Positions 47,301 through 62,300 of a stretch of DNA of 64,000 bases are shown in pieces (the first letter of the stretch is position 1; each line of letters opens with the position of its first letter). A program made the translations under genes and the position numbers. The notes beneath the pieces were generated by a model that did no database searches, had not been told where the DNA came from, and was given only the letters and a program-made list of their open reading frames with translations. This DNA comes from Amphiscolops sp. MND2022. Lineage: Eukaryota. The DNA lies in contig OZ076409.1 in assembly GCA_964187785.1 (NCBI GenBank), positions 21,330,001 through 21,394,000 on the forward strand, written 5' to 3'.

Positions 47301-50300
47301 AATGAGACCTTTCTTCAAAATTGAGGGAAATTATTGTGTTTTATTATACCTATTCTGTTATTCGATATTCAAGCGCATATTTTTGTTCAGCAGTATATGA
47401 AAAAGAAACAACTCATTTAGTACAGTAGGCGTAATTATAAAATGAAATTAATATTAGTAGCACTTTTGAACTTTTGCAAAAAATGGAAGCCATGCGAAAA
47501 TTGGTTTTTTATTGTGGACATTGTTTGTAAAGTAGTAACATGTGTTCTTTGATAAGTTTCTTCCATTTTTCTCGCTTGTATTTGATTGTTCTCAATTCAG
47601 AGGGTAAAGAATTCGAACTTCTCAAACAGGTATAAAAGAATGTTCCATGAAGAAACTTACTTGAACCAGGCTCTTTCAATAGAGTTTTTTTTGTTTTGAT
47701 CATTCAATCGAAAACTCACTGTTCAGAGTTTAAGGTGATTCTGAAAAGCTGAACTTCCGTTTTTGAGAATCGAAATTAATAAGTCAATTGATTATAAATT
47801 ATTTCTTTAATTCATTCCTAATATTTTTTCAGATATTCTCGAGGAGTTTGAGTATTTGTTTCTAGATCTGTAGAATACGGTTTGAAGAGTCCAATTCTGT
47901 TGTTTCTCAAAAGTAAGTAAAAGAGCAATTATGATGTCCCTTAAAAGAATGTTACAATATTCAAAATGACTTTGAACAAGAGCATGAAGCAGCACTTTTA
48001 AACGTTTTTTGGGTAGGTTGTTGCAAATTGTTTGAATTGCTTTAATGCCAAGGGCCATTTTTGAAGTAAACTTTGAACTTGAGTTTCGAAAGTTAGTTTG
48101 TTGTAGATGATAATGCCTAAATACTTTACTTCATTCCTAAGTTTTGTATTGGAACCGGCGACTATAAGTTGATTATTGGACACGGTCAGTTTTGGTGTTG
48201 TGAAACGTATAAGCTCTGTTTTAGATGCATTCAGAGTTACCTGATTCGACCGAAAATACTTTTCTACGTTTTTGACACTGATTTGTAAATTCTCAAATGC
48301 AATATCAAATTTTGGATTCGCTGAGTATACCGAACATTCATCGGCGTATTGGATAATTCTGCATTCTTCCGAGATGTGTTTTGTAATATCGGTATTGTAG
48401 GTGTTAAAAAGTAATGGGCCAAGTACTGTTCCTTGCGGTACACCTTGAAAGTTTTCGATAAAGTCAGATACCGTATTATTGATAACAACTTGTTCACGTC
48501 TGTGTAATAAAAAGCTAAAATTTAGTGTCAGAGCATCGTCATTGAAGCCGATTAATTTCAATAAATCCATCTAATTTTGATGGGATACGGAATCGAATGC
48601 TTTCGAAAGATCTATACATACTGAATAAATAGAATCGTTAATGTCCACATGTTTAAGGATCGATTCGGTGAAATAAATGAGAACATCTTGTGTTGATACT
48701 TTCTGGCGGAAGCCAAATTGGAAAGAAGACTAAAATTTATCAGATAATAGGTATTGATTATTTTGTTTATGCAAAAATTTTTGAAGTATTCTCGACAAAC
48801 TGCTCGTGTTTGTAATTCGTCTGTAGTTCAAAGGGTTTAGTGGATCATCTTTTTTATATAGAGGTGTAATGAGACCTTTCTTCAAAATTGAGGAAAATTA
48901 TTGTGTTTTATTATACCTAAATCTGTTACTCGATATTCAAGCGCATTTTTTTTCTGCAGTATATGAAAAAGAAACAACTCAGTTAGTACAGTAGGCGTAA
49001 TTATAAATTGAAATTAAAATTATGAGCACTTTTGAACTTTTGCAAAAGATAGAAGCTATGCCAAAATTGGTTTTTATAATGTGGACATTGTTTGTAAAGT
49101 AGTAACATGTGTTCTCTGATAAATTTCTTCCTTTTTTCCTAATTGTATTTGATTGTTCTCAATTCAGAGGGTAAGGAATTCCAACTTCTCAAACAGGTAT
49201 AAAAGAATGTTCCATGAAGAAACTTACTTGAACCAGGCCCTTTCAATGTAAATTTTTTGTTTCGATTATTCATTCAAAAACTCACTGTTGAGAGTTTAAG
49301 GTGATTCTGAAAAGCTGCACCTCCGTTTTTGAGAATCGAAATTATTAAGTCAAATGATTTTAAGTCAATTCTTTAATTCATTTCTAATACTTCTTCAGAT
49401 ACTCTCGAGGAGGTTGAGTATTTGTTTCTATATCTGTAAAATACGGTTTGAAGAGTTCAATTCACTTGTTTCTCAAAAGAAAGTAAAAGAGCAATACTGA
49501 TGTCCATTAAAAGAAGGTTACAATATTCAAAATGACTTTGAACAAGAGCATGAAGCAGCACTTTTAAACATTTTTTGAGTAGGTTGTTGCGAATTCTTTG
49601 GATTGTTTTTATGCCAAGGGCCATTTTTTGAAGTAAACTTTTAACTTGAGTTTCGAAAGTTAGTTTGTTGTAGATGATAATGCCTAAATACTTTACTTCA
49701 TTCTTAAGTTTTGTATTGGAACCGGCGACTTCAAGTTGATTATTGGATACGGTCATTTTTGGTGTTGTGAAACGTATCACTTCTGTTTTAGATGCATTCA
49801 GAGTTACCTGATTCGACCAAAAATACTTTTCTATGTTTTTGACACTGATTTGTAAATTCTCAAATGCAAAATCAGATTTTGGATTCGCTGAGTATACCGA
49901 ACAGTGATCGGCGTATTGGATAATTCTGCATTCTTCCGAGATGTGTTTTGTAATATCGTTATTGTAGGTGTTAAAAAGTAATGGGCCAAGTACTGTTCCT
50001 TGCGGTACACCTTGAAAGGTTTCGAAAAAGTCAGATACCGTATTATTGATAACAACTTGTTCACGTCTGTGTGATAAAAAGCTAAAATTTAGTGGCAGAG
50101 CATTGTCATTGAAGCCGATTAATTTCAATTTATCCATCAAAATTTGATGGGATGCATAATCGAATGCTTTCGAAAGATTTATACATTCTGAATGAATAGA
50201 CTCGTTTTTGTCCACATGTTTAAGGATCGATTCGGTGAAATAAATGAGAGCATCTTGTGTTGATACTTTCTGGCGGAAGCCAAATTGGAAAGGATACAGA

Positions 50301-53300
50301 AGTTTATCAGATGATAGGTATTGAATTTTTTGTTTATGCAAAAATTTTTAAGTATTCTCGACAAACTGCTCGTTTTTGTAATGGGTCTGTTGTTCAAAGG
50401 GTTTAGTGGATCATCTTTTTTATATAGAGGTGTAATGAGACCTTTTTTCAAAATTGAGGGAAATTATTGTGTTTTATTATACCTAAATCTGGTATTCGAT
50501 ATTCAAGCGCATATTTTTGCTCAGCAGTATATGAAAAAGAAACAACTCGTTTAGTACAGTAGGCGTAATTATAAAATGAAATTAAAATTAGTAGCATTTT
50601 TGAACTTTTGCAAAAGATGGAAGCCTCGCCAAATTTAGTTTTTATAATGTGGGCATTGTTTGTAAAGTAGTAACATGTGTTCGTTGATGAATTTCTTCCA
50701 TTTGTCTTGCTTGTATTTGATTGTTCTAAATTCAGAGGGTAAGGAATTCGAACTTCTCAAACATGTATAAAAGAATGTTCCATGAAGAAACTTACTCGAA
50801 CCGGGCTCTTTCAATATAATTTTTTTGCTTTGATCATTCATTCGAAAACTCACTGTTGAGAGTTTAAGGTGATTCTGAAAAGCTGAACTTCCGTTTTTGA
50901 GAATCGAAATTATTAGGTCAAATGATTTTAAGTCAATTCTTTAATTCATACCTAATACTTCTACAGATATACTCGAGGAGGTTGAGTATTCGTTTCTAGA
51001 TCTGTAGAATACGGTTTGAAGAGTCCAATTCAGTTGTTTCTCAAAAGAAAGTAAAAAAGCAATACTGATGTCCGTTAAAGGAAGGTTACAATATTCAAAA
51101 TGACTTTGAACAAGAGCATGAAGCAGCACTTTTAAACATTTTTTGGGTAGGTTGTTGCAAATTGTTCGGGTTGCTTTTATGCCAAGGGCCATTTTTTAAA
51201 GTAAACTTTGAACTTGAGTTTCGAAAGTTAGTTTGTTGTAGATGATAAAACCAAATTACTTTACTTCATTCTTAAGTTTTGTATTGGAACCGGCGACTTT
51301 AACTTGATTATTGGATACGGTCATTTTTGGTGTTGTGAAACGTATCAGCTCTGTTTTAGATGCATTCAGAGTTACCTGCTTCGACCGAAAATGTTTTTCT
51401 ATGTTTTTGACACTGATTTGTAAACTCTCAAATTCAAAATCAGATTTTGGATTCGCTGAGTAAACCGAACAGTGATCGGCGTATTAGATAATTCTGCATT
51501 CTTCCGAGATGTGTTTTGTAATATCGTTATTGTAGGTGTTAAAAAGTAATGGGTCAAGTACTGTTCCTAGCGGTACACCTTGAAAGGTTTCAATAAAGTC
51601 AGATACCGTATTATTGATAACAACTTGTTCACGTCTGTGTGATGAAAAGCTAAAATTTAGTGTCAAAGCATTGTCATTGAAGCCGAATAATTTCAATTTA
51701 TCCATCAAAATTTGATGGGATACATAATCGAATGCTTTCGAAAGATTTATACATTCTGAATGAATAGAATCGTTATTGTCCACATGTTTAAGGATCGATT
51801 CGGTGAAATAAATGAGAGCATCTTGTGTTGATACTTTCTGGCAGAAGCCAAATTGGAAAGGAGACAGAAGTTTATCAGATGATAGGTATTGATTATTTTG
51901 TTTATGCAAAATTTTTCAAGTATTCTCGACAAACTGCTCGTTTTTGTATTGGGTCTGTAGTTCAATGGGTTTAGTGGATCATCTTTTTTTAGAAATGTAA
52001 TGATACCTTTTTTCAAAATTGAGGGAAATTATTGTGTTTTATTATATTTAAATCTGTTATTCGATATTCAAGCGCATATTTTTGCTCAGCAGTATATAAA
52101 AAAGAAACAACTCATTTAGAACAGTAGGCGTAATTATAAAATGAAATTAAAATTAGTAGCACTTTTGAACTTTTGCAAAAAATGGAAGCCATGACAAAAT
52201 TGGTTTTCTAATGTGGACGTTGTTTGTAAAGTAGTAACATGTGTTCCTTGATAAATTTCTTCCATTTTTCTTGCTTGTATTTGATTGTTCTAAATTCAGA
52301 GGGTAAGGAATTCGAACTTCTCAAACATGTATAAAAGAATGTTCCATGAAGAAACTTACTCGAACCGGGCTCTTTCAATATAATTTTTTTGCTTTGATCA
52401 TTCATTCGAAAACTCACTGTTGAGAGTTTAAGGTGATTCTGAAAAGCTGAACTTCCGTTTTTGAGAATCGAAATTATTAGGTCAAATGATTTTAAGTCAA
52501 TTCTTTAATTCATACCTAATACTTCTACAGATATACTCGAGGAGGTTGAGTATTCGTTTCTAGATCTGTAGAATACGGTTTGAAGAGTCCAATTCAGTTG
52601 TTTCTCAAAAGAAAGTAAAAAAGCAATACTGATGTCCGTTAAAGGAAGGTTACAATATTCAAAATGACTTTGAACAAGAGCATGAAGCAGCACTTTTAAA
52701 CATTTTTTGGGTAGGTTGTTGCAAATTGTTCGGGTTGCTTTTATGCCAAGGGCCATTTTTTAAAGTAAACTTTGAACTTGAGTTTCGAAAGTTAGTTTGT
52801 TGTAGATGATAAAACCAAATTACTTTACTTCATTCTTAAGTTTTGTATTGGAACCGGCGACTTTAACTTGATTATTGGATACGGTCATTTTTGGTGTTGT
52901 GAAACGTATCAGTTCTGTTTTAGATGCATTCAGAGTTACCTGCTTCGACCGAAAATGTTTTTCTATGTTTTTGACACTGATTTGTAAACTCTCAAATTCA
53001 AAATCAGATTTTGGATTCGCTGAGTAAACCGAACAGTGATCGGCGTATTAGATAATTCTGCATTCTTCCGAGATGTGTTTTGTAATATCGTTATTGTAGG
53101 TGTTAAAAAGTAATGGGCCAAGTACTGTTCCTCGCGGTACACCTTGAAAGGTTTCGAAAAGTTAGATACCGTATTATTGATAACAATTTGTTCACGTCTG
53201 TGTGATAAAAAGCTAAAATTTAATGTCAGAGCATTGTCATTGAAGCCGATTAATTTCAATTTATCCATCGAAGTTTGATGGGCAACATAATCGAAAGCTT

Positions 53301-56300
53301 TCGAAAGATTTATACATTCTGAATGAATAGACTCGTTATTGTCCACATGTTTAAGGATCGATTCGGTGAAATAAATGAGAGCATCTTGTGTTGATTTTTT
53401 CTGGCGGAAGCCAAATTGGAAAGGATACAGAAGTTTATCAGATGATAGGTATTGAATTTTTTGTTTATGCAAAAATTTTTAAGTATTCTCGACAAACTGC
53501 TCGTTTTTGTAATGGGTCTGTAGTTCAAAGGGTTTAGTGGAACATCTTTTTTATATAGAGGTGTAATGAGACCTTTTTTCAAAATTGAGGGAAATTTTTG
53601 TGTTTTATTATACCTAAATCTGGTATTCGATATTCAAGTGCGTATTTTTGCTCAGCAGTATATGAAAAAAAAACAACTCATTTAGTACAGTAGGCGTAAT
53701 TATAAAATGAAATTAAAATTAGTAGCATTTTTGAACTTTTGCAAAAGATGGAAGCCTCGCCAAATTTGGTTTTTATAATGTGGGCATTGTTTGTAAAGTA
53801 GTAACATGTGTTCGTTGATAAATTTCTTCCATTTGTCTTGCTTGTATTTGATTGTTCTAAATTCAGAGGGTAAGGAATTCGAACTTCTCAAACATGTATA
53901 AAAGAATGTTCCATGAAGAAACTTACTTGAACCGGGCTCTTTCAATATAATTTTTTTGTTTTGATCATTCATTCGAAAACTCACTGTTGAGAGTTTAAGG
54001 TGATTCTGAAAAGCTGAACTTCCGTTTTTGAGAATCGAAATTATTGAGTCAAATGATTTTAAGTCAATTCTTTAATTCATACCTAATACTTCTACAGATA
54101 TACTCGAGGAGGTTGAGTATTCGTTTCTAGATCTGTAGAATACGGTTTGAAGAGTCCAATTTAGTTGTTTCTCAAAAGAAAGTAAAAGAGCAATACTGAT
54201 GTCCGTTAAAGGAAGGTTACAATATTCAAAATGACTTTGAACAAGAGCATGAAGCAGCACTTTTAAACATTTTTTGGGTAGGTTGTTGCAAATTGTTCGG
54301 GTTGCTTTTATGCCAAGGGCCATTTTTTAAAGTAAACTTTGAACTTGAGTTTCGAAAGTTAGTTTGTTGTAGATGATAAAACCAAATTACTTTACTTCAT
54401 TCTTAAGTTTTGTATTGGAACCGGCGACTTTAACTTGATTATTGGATACGGTCATTTTTGGTGTTGTGAAACGTATCAGCTCTGTTTTAGATGCATTCAG
54501 AGTTACCTGCTTCGACCGAAAATGTTTTTCTATGTTTTTGACACTGATTTGTAAACTCTCAAATTCAAAATCAGATTTTGGATTCGCTGAGTAAACCGAA
54601 CAGTGATCGGCGTATTAGATAATTCTGCATTCTTCCGAGATGTGTTTTGTAATATCGTTATTGTAGGTGTTAAAAAGTAATGGGCCAAGTACTGTTCCTC
54701 GCGGTACACCTTGAAAGGTTTCGAAAAGTTAGATACCGTATTATTGATAACAATTTGTTCACGTCTGTGTGATAAAAAGCTAAAATTTAATGTCAGAGCA
54801 TTGTCATTGAAGCCGATTAATTTCAATTTATCCATCGAAGTTTGATGGGCAACATAATCGAAAGCTTTCGAAAGATTTATACATTCTGAATGAATAGACT
54901 CGTTATTGTCCACATGTTTAAGGATCGATTCGGTGAAATAAATGAGAGCATCTTGTGTTGATTTTTTCTGGCGGAAGCCAAATTGGAAAGGATACAGAAG
55001 TTTATCAGATGATAGGTATTGAATTTTTTGTTTATGCAAAAATTTTTAAGTATTCTCGACAAACTGCTCGTTTTTGTAATGGGTCTGTAGTTCAAAGGGT
55101 TTAGTGGAACATCTTTTTTATATAGAGGTGTAATGAGACCTTTTTTCAAAATTGAGGGAAATTTTTGTGTTTTATTATACCTAAATCTGGTATTCGATAT
55201 TCAAGTGCGTATTTTTGCTCAGCAGTATATGAAAAAAAAACAACTCATTTAGTACAGTAGGCGTAATTATAAAATGAAATTAAAATTAGTAGCATTTTTG
55301 AACTTTTGCAAAAGATGGAAGCCTCGCCAAATTTGGTTTTTATAATGTGGGCATTGTTTGTAAAGTAGTAACATGTGTTCGTTGATAAATTTCTTCCATT
55401 TGTCTTGCTTGTATTTGATTGTTCTAAATTCAGAGGGTAAGGAATTCGAACTTCTCAAACATGTATAAAAGAATGTTCCATGAAGAAACTTACTTGAACC
55501 GGGCTCTTTCAATATAATTTTTTTGTTTTGATCATTCATTCGAAAACTCACTGTTGAGAGTTTAAGGTGATTCTGAAAAGCTGAACTTCCGTTTTTGAGA
55601 ATCGAAATTATTGAGTCAAATGATTTTAAGTCAATTCTTTAATTCATACCTAATACTTCTACAGATATACTCGAGGAGGTTGAGTATTCGTTTCTAGATC
55701 TGTAGAATACGGTTTGAAGAGTCCAATTTAGTTGTTTCTCAAAAGAAAGTAAAAGAGCAATACTGATGTCCGTTAAAGGAAGGTTACAATATTCAAAATG
55801 ACTTTGAACAAGAGCATGAAGCAGCACTTTTAAACATTTTTTGGGTAGGTTGTTGCAAATTGTTCGGATTGCTTTTATGCCAAGGACCATTTTTTGAAGT
55901 AAACTTTGAACTTGAGTTTCGAAAGTTAGTTTGTTGTAGATGATAAAACCAAATTATTTTACTTCATTCTTAAGTTTTGTATTGGAACCGGCGACTTTAA
56001 CTTGATTATTGGATACGGTCATTTTTGGTGTTGTGAAACGTATCAGCTCTAATTTAGATGCATTCAGAGTTACCTGATTCGACCGAAAAAACTTTTCTAT
56101 GTTTTTGACACTGATTTGTAAATTCTCAAATGCAATATCAGATTTTGGATTCGCTGAGTATACCGAACAGTGATCGGCGTATTAGATAATTCTGCATTCT
56201 TCCGAGATGTGTTTTGTAATATCGTTATTGTAGGTGTTAAAAAGTAATGGGTCAAGTACTGTTCCTTGCGGTACACCTTGAAAGGTTTCAATAAAGTCAG

Positions 56301-59300
56301 ATACTGTATTATTGATAACAACTTTTTCACGTCTGTGTGATGAAAAGCTAAAATTTAGTGTCAGAGCATTGTCATTGAAGCCGAATAACTTCAATTTATC
56401 CATCAAAATTCGATGGGATACATAATCGAATGCTTTCGAAAGATTTATACATTCTGAATGAATAGAATTGTTATTGTCCACATGTTTAAGGATCGATTCG
56501 GTGAAAAAAATGAGAGCATCTTGTGTTGATACTTTCTGGCGGAAGCCAAATTGGAAAGGAGACAGAAGTTTATCAGATGATAGGTATTGATTATTTTGTT
56601 TATGCAAAACTTTTTAAGTATTCTCGACAAACTGCTCGTTTTTGTATTGGGTCTGTAGTTCAATGGGTTTAGTGGATCGTCTTTTTTATATAGAAGTGTA
56701 ATGATACCTTTTTTCAAAATTGAGGGAAATTATTGTGTTTTATTATATTGAAATCTGTTATTCGATATTCAAGCGCATATTTTTGCTCAGCAGTATATAA
56801 AAAAGAAACAACTCATTCAGTACAGTAGGCGTAATTAGAAAATGAAATTAAAATTAGTAGCACTTTTGAACTTTTGCAAAAAATGGAAGCCATGCCAAAA
56901 TTGGTTTTTTAATGTGGACATTGTTTGTAAAGTAGTAACATGTGTTCCTTGATAAATTTCTTCCATTTTTCTTGCTTGTATTTGATTGTTCTAAATTCAG
57001 AGGGTAAGGAATTCGAACTTCTCAAACAGATATAAAAGAATGTTCCTTGAAGAAACTTACTTGAACCAGGCTCTTTCAATATAGTTTTTTTTGTTGCGAT
57101 CATTCACTCGAAAACTCACTGTTGAGAGTTTAAGATGATTCTGAAAAGCTGAACCTCCGTTTTTGAGAATTGAAATTATTAAATTAATAAGTCAAATGAT
57201 TTTAAGTCAAGTCTTTAATTCATACCTAATACTTCTTCAGATATTCTCGAAGAGGTTGAGTATTTGTTTCTAGATCTGTAGAATACGGTTTGAAGAGTCC
57301 AATTCAGTTGTTTCTCAAAAGAAAGTAAAAGAGCAATACTGATGTCCGTTAAAAGAAGGTTACAATATTCAAAACGACTTTGAACAAGAGCATGAAGCTG
57401 CACTTTCAAACATTTTTTGGGTAGGTTGTTGCGAATTGTTTGGATTGCTTTTATGCCAGAGGCCATTTTTTGAAGTAAACTTTGAACTTGAGATTCGAAA
57501 GTTGGTTTGTTGTAGATGATAAAGCCTAAATACTTTACTTCATTCTTAAGTTTTGTATTGGAACTGGCGACTTTAAGTTGAATATTGGATACGGTCATTT
57601 TTGGTGTTGTGAAACGTATCAGCTCTGTTTTAGATGCATTCAAAGTTACTTGATTCGACCGAAAAAACTTTTCTAGGTTTTTGACACTGATTTGTAAATT
57701 CCCAAATGCAATATCAGATTTTGGATCCGCTGAGTATACCGAACATTCATCGGCGTATTGGATAATTCTGCATTCGTCCGAGATGTGTTTTGTAATATCG
57801 TTAATGTAGGTGTTAAAAAAGAATGGGCCAAGTACTGTTCCTTGCAGTACACCTTGAACGGTTTCGATAAATACAGATACCGTATTATTGATAACAACTT
57901 GTTGACGTCTGTGTGATAAAAAGCTAAAATTTAGTGTCAGAGCATTGTCATTGAAGCCGAATAATTTCAATTTATTCATCAAAATTTGATGGGATACATA
58001 ATCGAATGCTTTCGAAAGATTTGTACATTCTCAATGAACAGAATCGTTATTGTCCACATGTTTGAGGATCGATTCGGTGAAATAAATGAGAGCATTTTGT
58101 GTTGATATTTTCTGGCGGAAGCCAAATTGGAAAGGAGAGGGAAGTTTATCAGATGATAGCTATTGATCATTTTGTTTATGCAAAAATTTTTAAGTATTCT
58201 CGACAAACTGCTCGTTTTTGTAATGGGTCTGTAGTTCAAAGGGTTTAGTGGATCATCTTTCTTATATAGAGGTGTAATGAGACCTTTTTTTAAAATTGAG
58301 GGAAATCATTGTGTTTTATTATACCTAAATCTGTTATTCGATATTCAAGCGCATAATTTTGCTCAGCAGTATATTAAAAAAAACTCATTTAGTACAGTAG
58401 GCGTAATTATAATATGAATTTAAAATTAGTAGCACTTTTGAACTTTAGCAAAAGATGGAAGCCATGCCAAAATTGGTTTTTATAATGTGGACATTGTTTG
58501 TAAAGTAGTAACATGTGTTCGTTGATAAATTTTTTCCATTTTTCTTGCTTGTATTTGATTGTTCTAAATTCAGAGGGTAAGGAATTCGAACTTCATAAAC
58601 AGGTATAGAAGAATGTTCCATGAAGAAACTTACTTGAACCGGGCTCTTTCAATATAATTTTTTTGTATCGATCATTCATTCGAAAACTCACTGTTGAGAG
58701 TTTAAGGTGATTCTGAAAAGCTGAACTTCCGTTTTTGAGAATCGAAATAATTAAGTCAAATGATTTTAAGTCAATTCTTTAATTCATACCTAATACTTTT
58801 ACAGATATACTCAAGGAGGTTGAGTATTCGTTTCTAGATCTGTAGAATACGGTTTGAAGAGTCCAATTCAGTTGTTTCTCAAAAGAAAGTAAAAGAGCAA
58901 TACTAATGTCCGTTAAAGGAAGGTTACAATATTCAAAATGACTTTGAAAAAGAGCATGAAGCAGCACTTTTAAACATTTTTTGGGTAGGTTGTTGCAAAT
59001 TGTTCGGATTGCTTTTATGCCAAGGGCCATTTATCAAAGTAAACTTTGAACTTGAGTTTCGAAAGTAAGTTTGTTGTAGATGATAAAACCTAAATACTTT
59101 ACTTCATTCTTAAGTTTTGTATTGGAACCGGCGACATTAAGTTGATTATTGGATACGGTCATTTTTGGTGTTGTGAAACGTATCAGCTCTGTTTTAGATG
59201 CATTCAGAGTTATCTGATTCGATCGAAAATACTTTTCTATGTTTTTGACACTGATTTGTAAATTCTCAAATGCAATATCAGATTTTGGTTTCGCTGATTA

Positions 59301-62300
59301 TACCGAACAATGATCAGCGTATTGGATAATTCTGCATTCTTCCGAGATGTGTTTTGTAATATCGTTATTGTAGATGTTAAAAAGTAATGGGCCAAGGGTT
59401 TAGTGGATCATCTTTCTTATATAGAGGTGTAATGAGACCTTTTTTTAAAATTGAGGGAAATCATTGTGTTTTATTATACCTAAATCTGTTATTCGATATT
59501 CAAGCGCATAATTTTGCTCAGCAGTATATTAAAAAAAACTCATTTAGTACAGTAGGCGTAATTATAATATGAATTTAAAATTAGTAGCACTTTTGAACTT
59601 TAGCAAAAGATGGAAGCCATGCCAAAATTGGTTTTTATAATGTGGACATTGTTTGTAAAGTAGTAACATGTGTTCGTTGATAAATTTTTTCCATTTTTCT
59701 TGCTTGTATTTGATTGTTCTAAATTCAGAGGGTAAGGAATTCGAACTTCATAAACAGGTATAGAAGAATGTTCCATGAAGAAACTTACTTGAACCGGGCT
59801 CTTTCAATATAATTTTTTTGTATCGATCATTCATTCGAAAACTCACTGTTGAGAGTTTAAGGTGATTCTGAAAAGCTGAACTTCCGTTTTTGAGAATCGA
59901 AATAATTAAGTCAAATGATTTTAAGTCAATTCTTTAATTCGTACCTAATACTTTTACAGATATACTCAAGGAGGTTGAGTATTCGTTTCTAGATCTGTAG
60001 AATACGGTTTGAAGAGTCCAATTCAGTTGTTTCTCAAAAGAAAGTAAAAGAGCAATACTAATGTCCGTTAAAGGAAGGTTACAATATTCAAAATGACTTT
60101 GAAATAGAGCATGAAGCAGCACTTTTAAACATTTTTTGGGTAGGTTGTTGCAAATTGTTCGGATTGCTTTTATGCCAAGGGCCATTTTTCAAAGTAAACT
60201 TTGAACTTGAGTTTCGAAAGTAAGTTTGTTGTAGATGATAAAACCTAAATACTTTACTTCATTCTTAAGTTTTGTATTGGAACCGGCGACATTAAGTTGA
60301 TTATTGGATACGGTCATTTTTGGTGTTGTGAAACGTATCAGCTCTGTTTTAGATGCATTCAGAGTTATCTGATTCGATCGAAAATACTTTTCTATGTTTT
60401 TGACACTGATTTGTAAATTCTCAAATGCAATATCAGATTGTGGTTTCGCTGATTATACCGAACAATGATCAGCGTATTGGATAATTCTGCATTCTTCCGA
60501 GATGTGTTTTGTAATATCGTTATTGTAGATGTTAAAAAGTAATGGGCCAAGTACTGTTCCTTGCGGTACACCTTGAAAGGTTTCGATAAAGTCAGATACC
60601 GTATTATTGACAACAACTTGTTCACGTCTGTGTGATAAAAAGCTAAAACTTAGTGTCAGAGCATTGTCATTGAAGCCGATTAATTTCAATTTATCCATCA
60701 AACTTTGATGGGATACATAATCGAATGCTTTCGAAAGATTTATACATTCTGAATGAATAGAATCGTTATTGTCCACATGTTTAAGGATCGATTCGGTGAA
60801 ATAAATGAGAGCATCTTGTGTTGATACTTTCTGGCGGAAGCCAAATTGGAAAGGAAACAGAAGTTTATCAGATGATAGGTATTGATTATTTTGTTTATGC
60901 AAAAATTTTTAAGTATTCTCGACAAACTGCTCGTTTTTGTAATGGGTCTGTAGTTCAAAGGGTTTATTGGATCATCTTTTTTATATAGAAGTGTAATGAG
61001 ACCTTTTTTTAAAATTGAGGGAAATTATTGTGTTATATTATATTTGAATCTGTTATTCGATATTCAAGCGCATATTTTTGCTCAGCAGTATATAAAAAAG
61101 AAACAACTCATTTAGTACAGTAGGCGTAATTATAAAATGAAATTAAAATTAGCAGCACTTTTGAACTTTTGCAAAAAATGGAAGCCATGCCAAAATTGGT
61201 TTTTTAATGTGGACATTGTTTGTAGAGTAGTAACATGTGTTCCTTTGTAAATTTCTTCCATTTTCTTGCTTGTATTTGATTGTTCTAAATTCAGAGGGTA
61301 AGGAATTCGAATTTCTCAAACAGGTATAAAAGAATGTTCCTTGAAGAATCTTACTTGAACCAGGCTCTTTCAATATAGTTTTTTTGTTTCGATCATTCAC
61401 TCGAAAACTCACTGTTGAGAGTTTCAAGTGATTCTGAAAAACTGAACCTACGTTTTTGAGAATTGAAATTAATAAATTAATAAGTCAAATGATTTTAAGT
61501 CAATTCTTTAATTCATAGCTAATACTTCTTCAGATATTCTCGAAGAGGTTGAGTATTTGTTTCTAGATCTGTAGAATACGGTTTGAAGAGTCCAATTCAG
61601 TTGTTTCTTAAAAGAAAGTAAAAGAGCAATACTGATGTCCGTTAAAAGAAGGTTACATTACTCAAAATGACTTTGAACAAGAGCATGAAGCTGCACTTTT
61701 AAACATTTTTTGGGTAGGTTGTTGCGAAGTGTTTGGATTGCTTTTATGCCAGGGGCCATTTTTTGAAGTAAACTTTGAACTTGAGTTTCGAAAGTTAGTT
61801 TGTTGTAGATGATAAAGCCTAAATACTTTACTTCATTCCTAAGTTTTGTATTGGAACCGGCGACTATAAGTTGATTATTGGATACGGTCAGTTTTGGTGT
61901 TGTGAAACATATAAGCTCTGTTTTAGATGCATTCAGAGTAACCTGATTCGACCGAAAATATGTTTCTATGTTTTTGACACTGATTTGTAAATTCTCAAAT
62001 GCAATATCAGAATTTGTATTCGCTGAGTAAACCGAACAGTCATCGGCGTATTGGATAATTCTGCATTCGTCCGAGATGTGTTTTGTAATATCGTTAATGT
62101 AGGTGTTAAAAAGTAATGGGCCAAGTACTGTTCCTTGCGGTACACCTTGAACGGTTTCGATGAAATCAGATACCGTATTATTGATAACAACTTGTTGACG
62201 TCTGTGTGATAAAATGCTTAAATTTAGTGTCAGAGCATTGTCAATTCAGGCGAATAATTTCAATTTATTCATCAAAATTTGATGGGATACATAATCGAAT

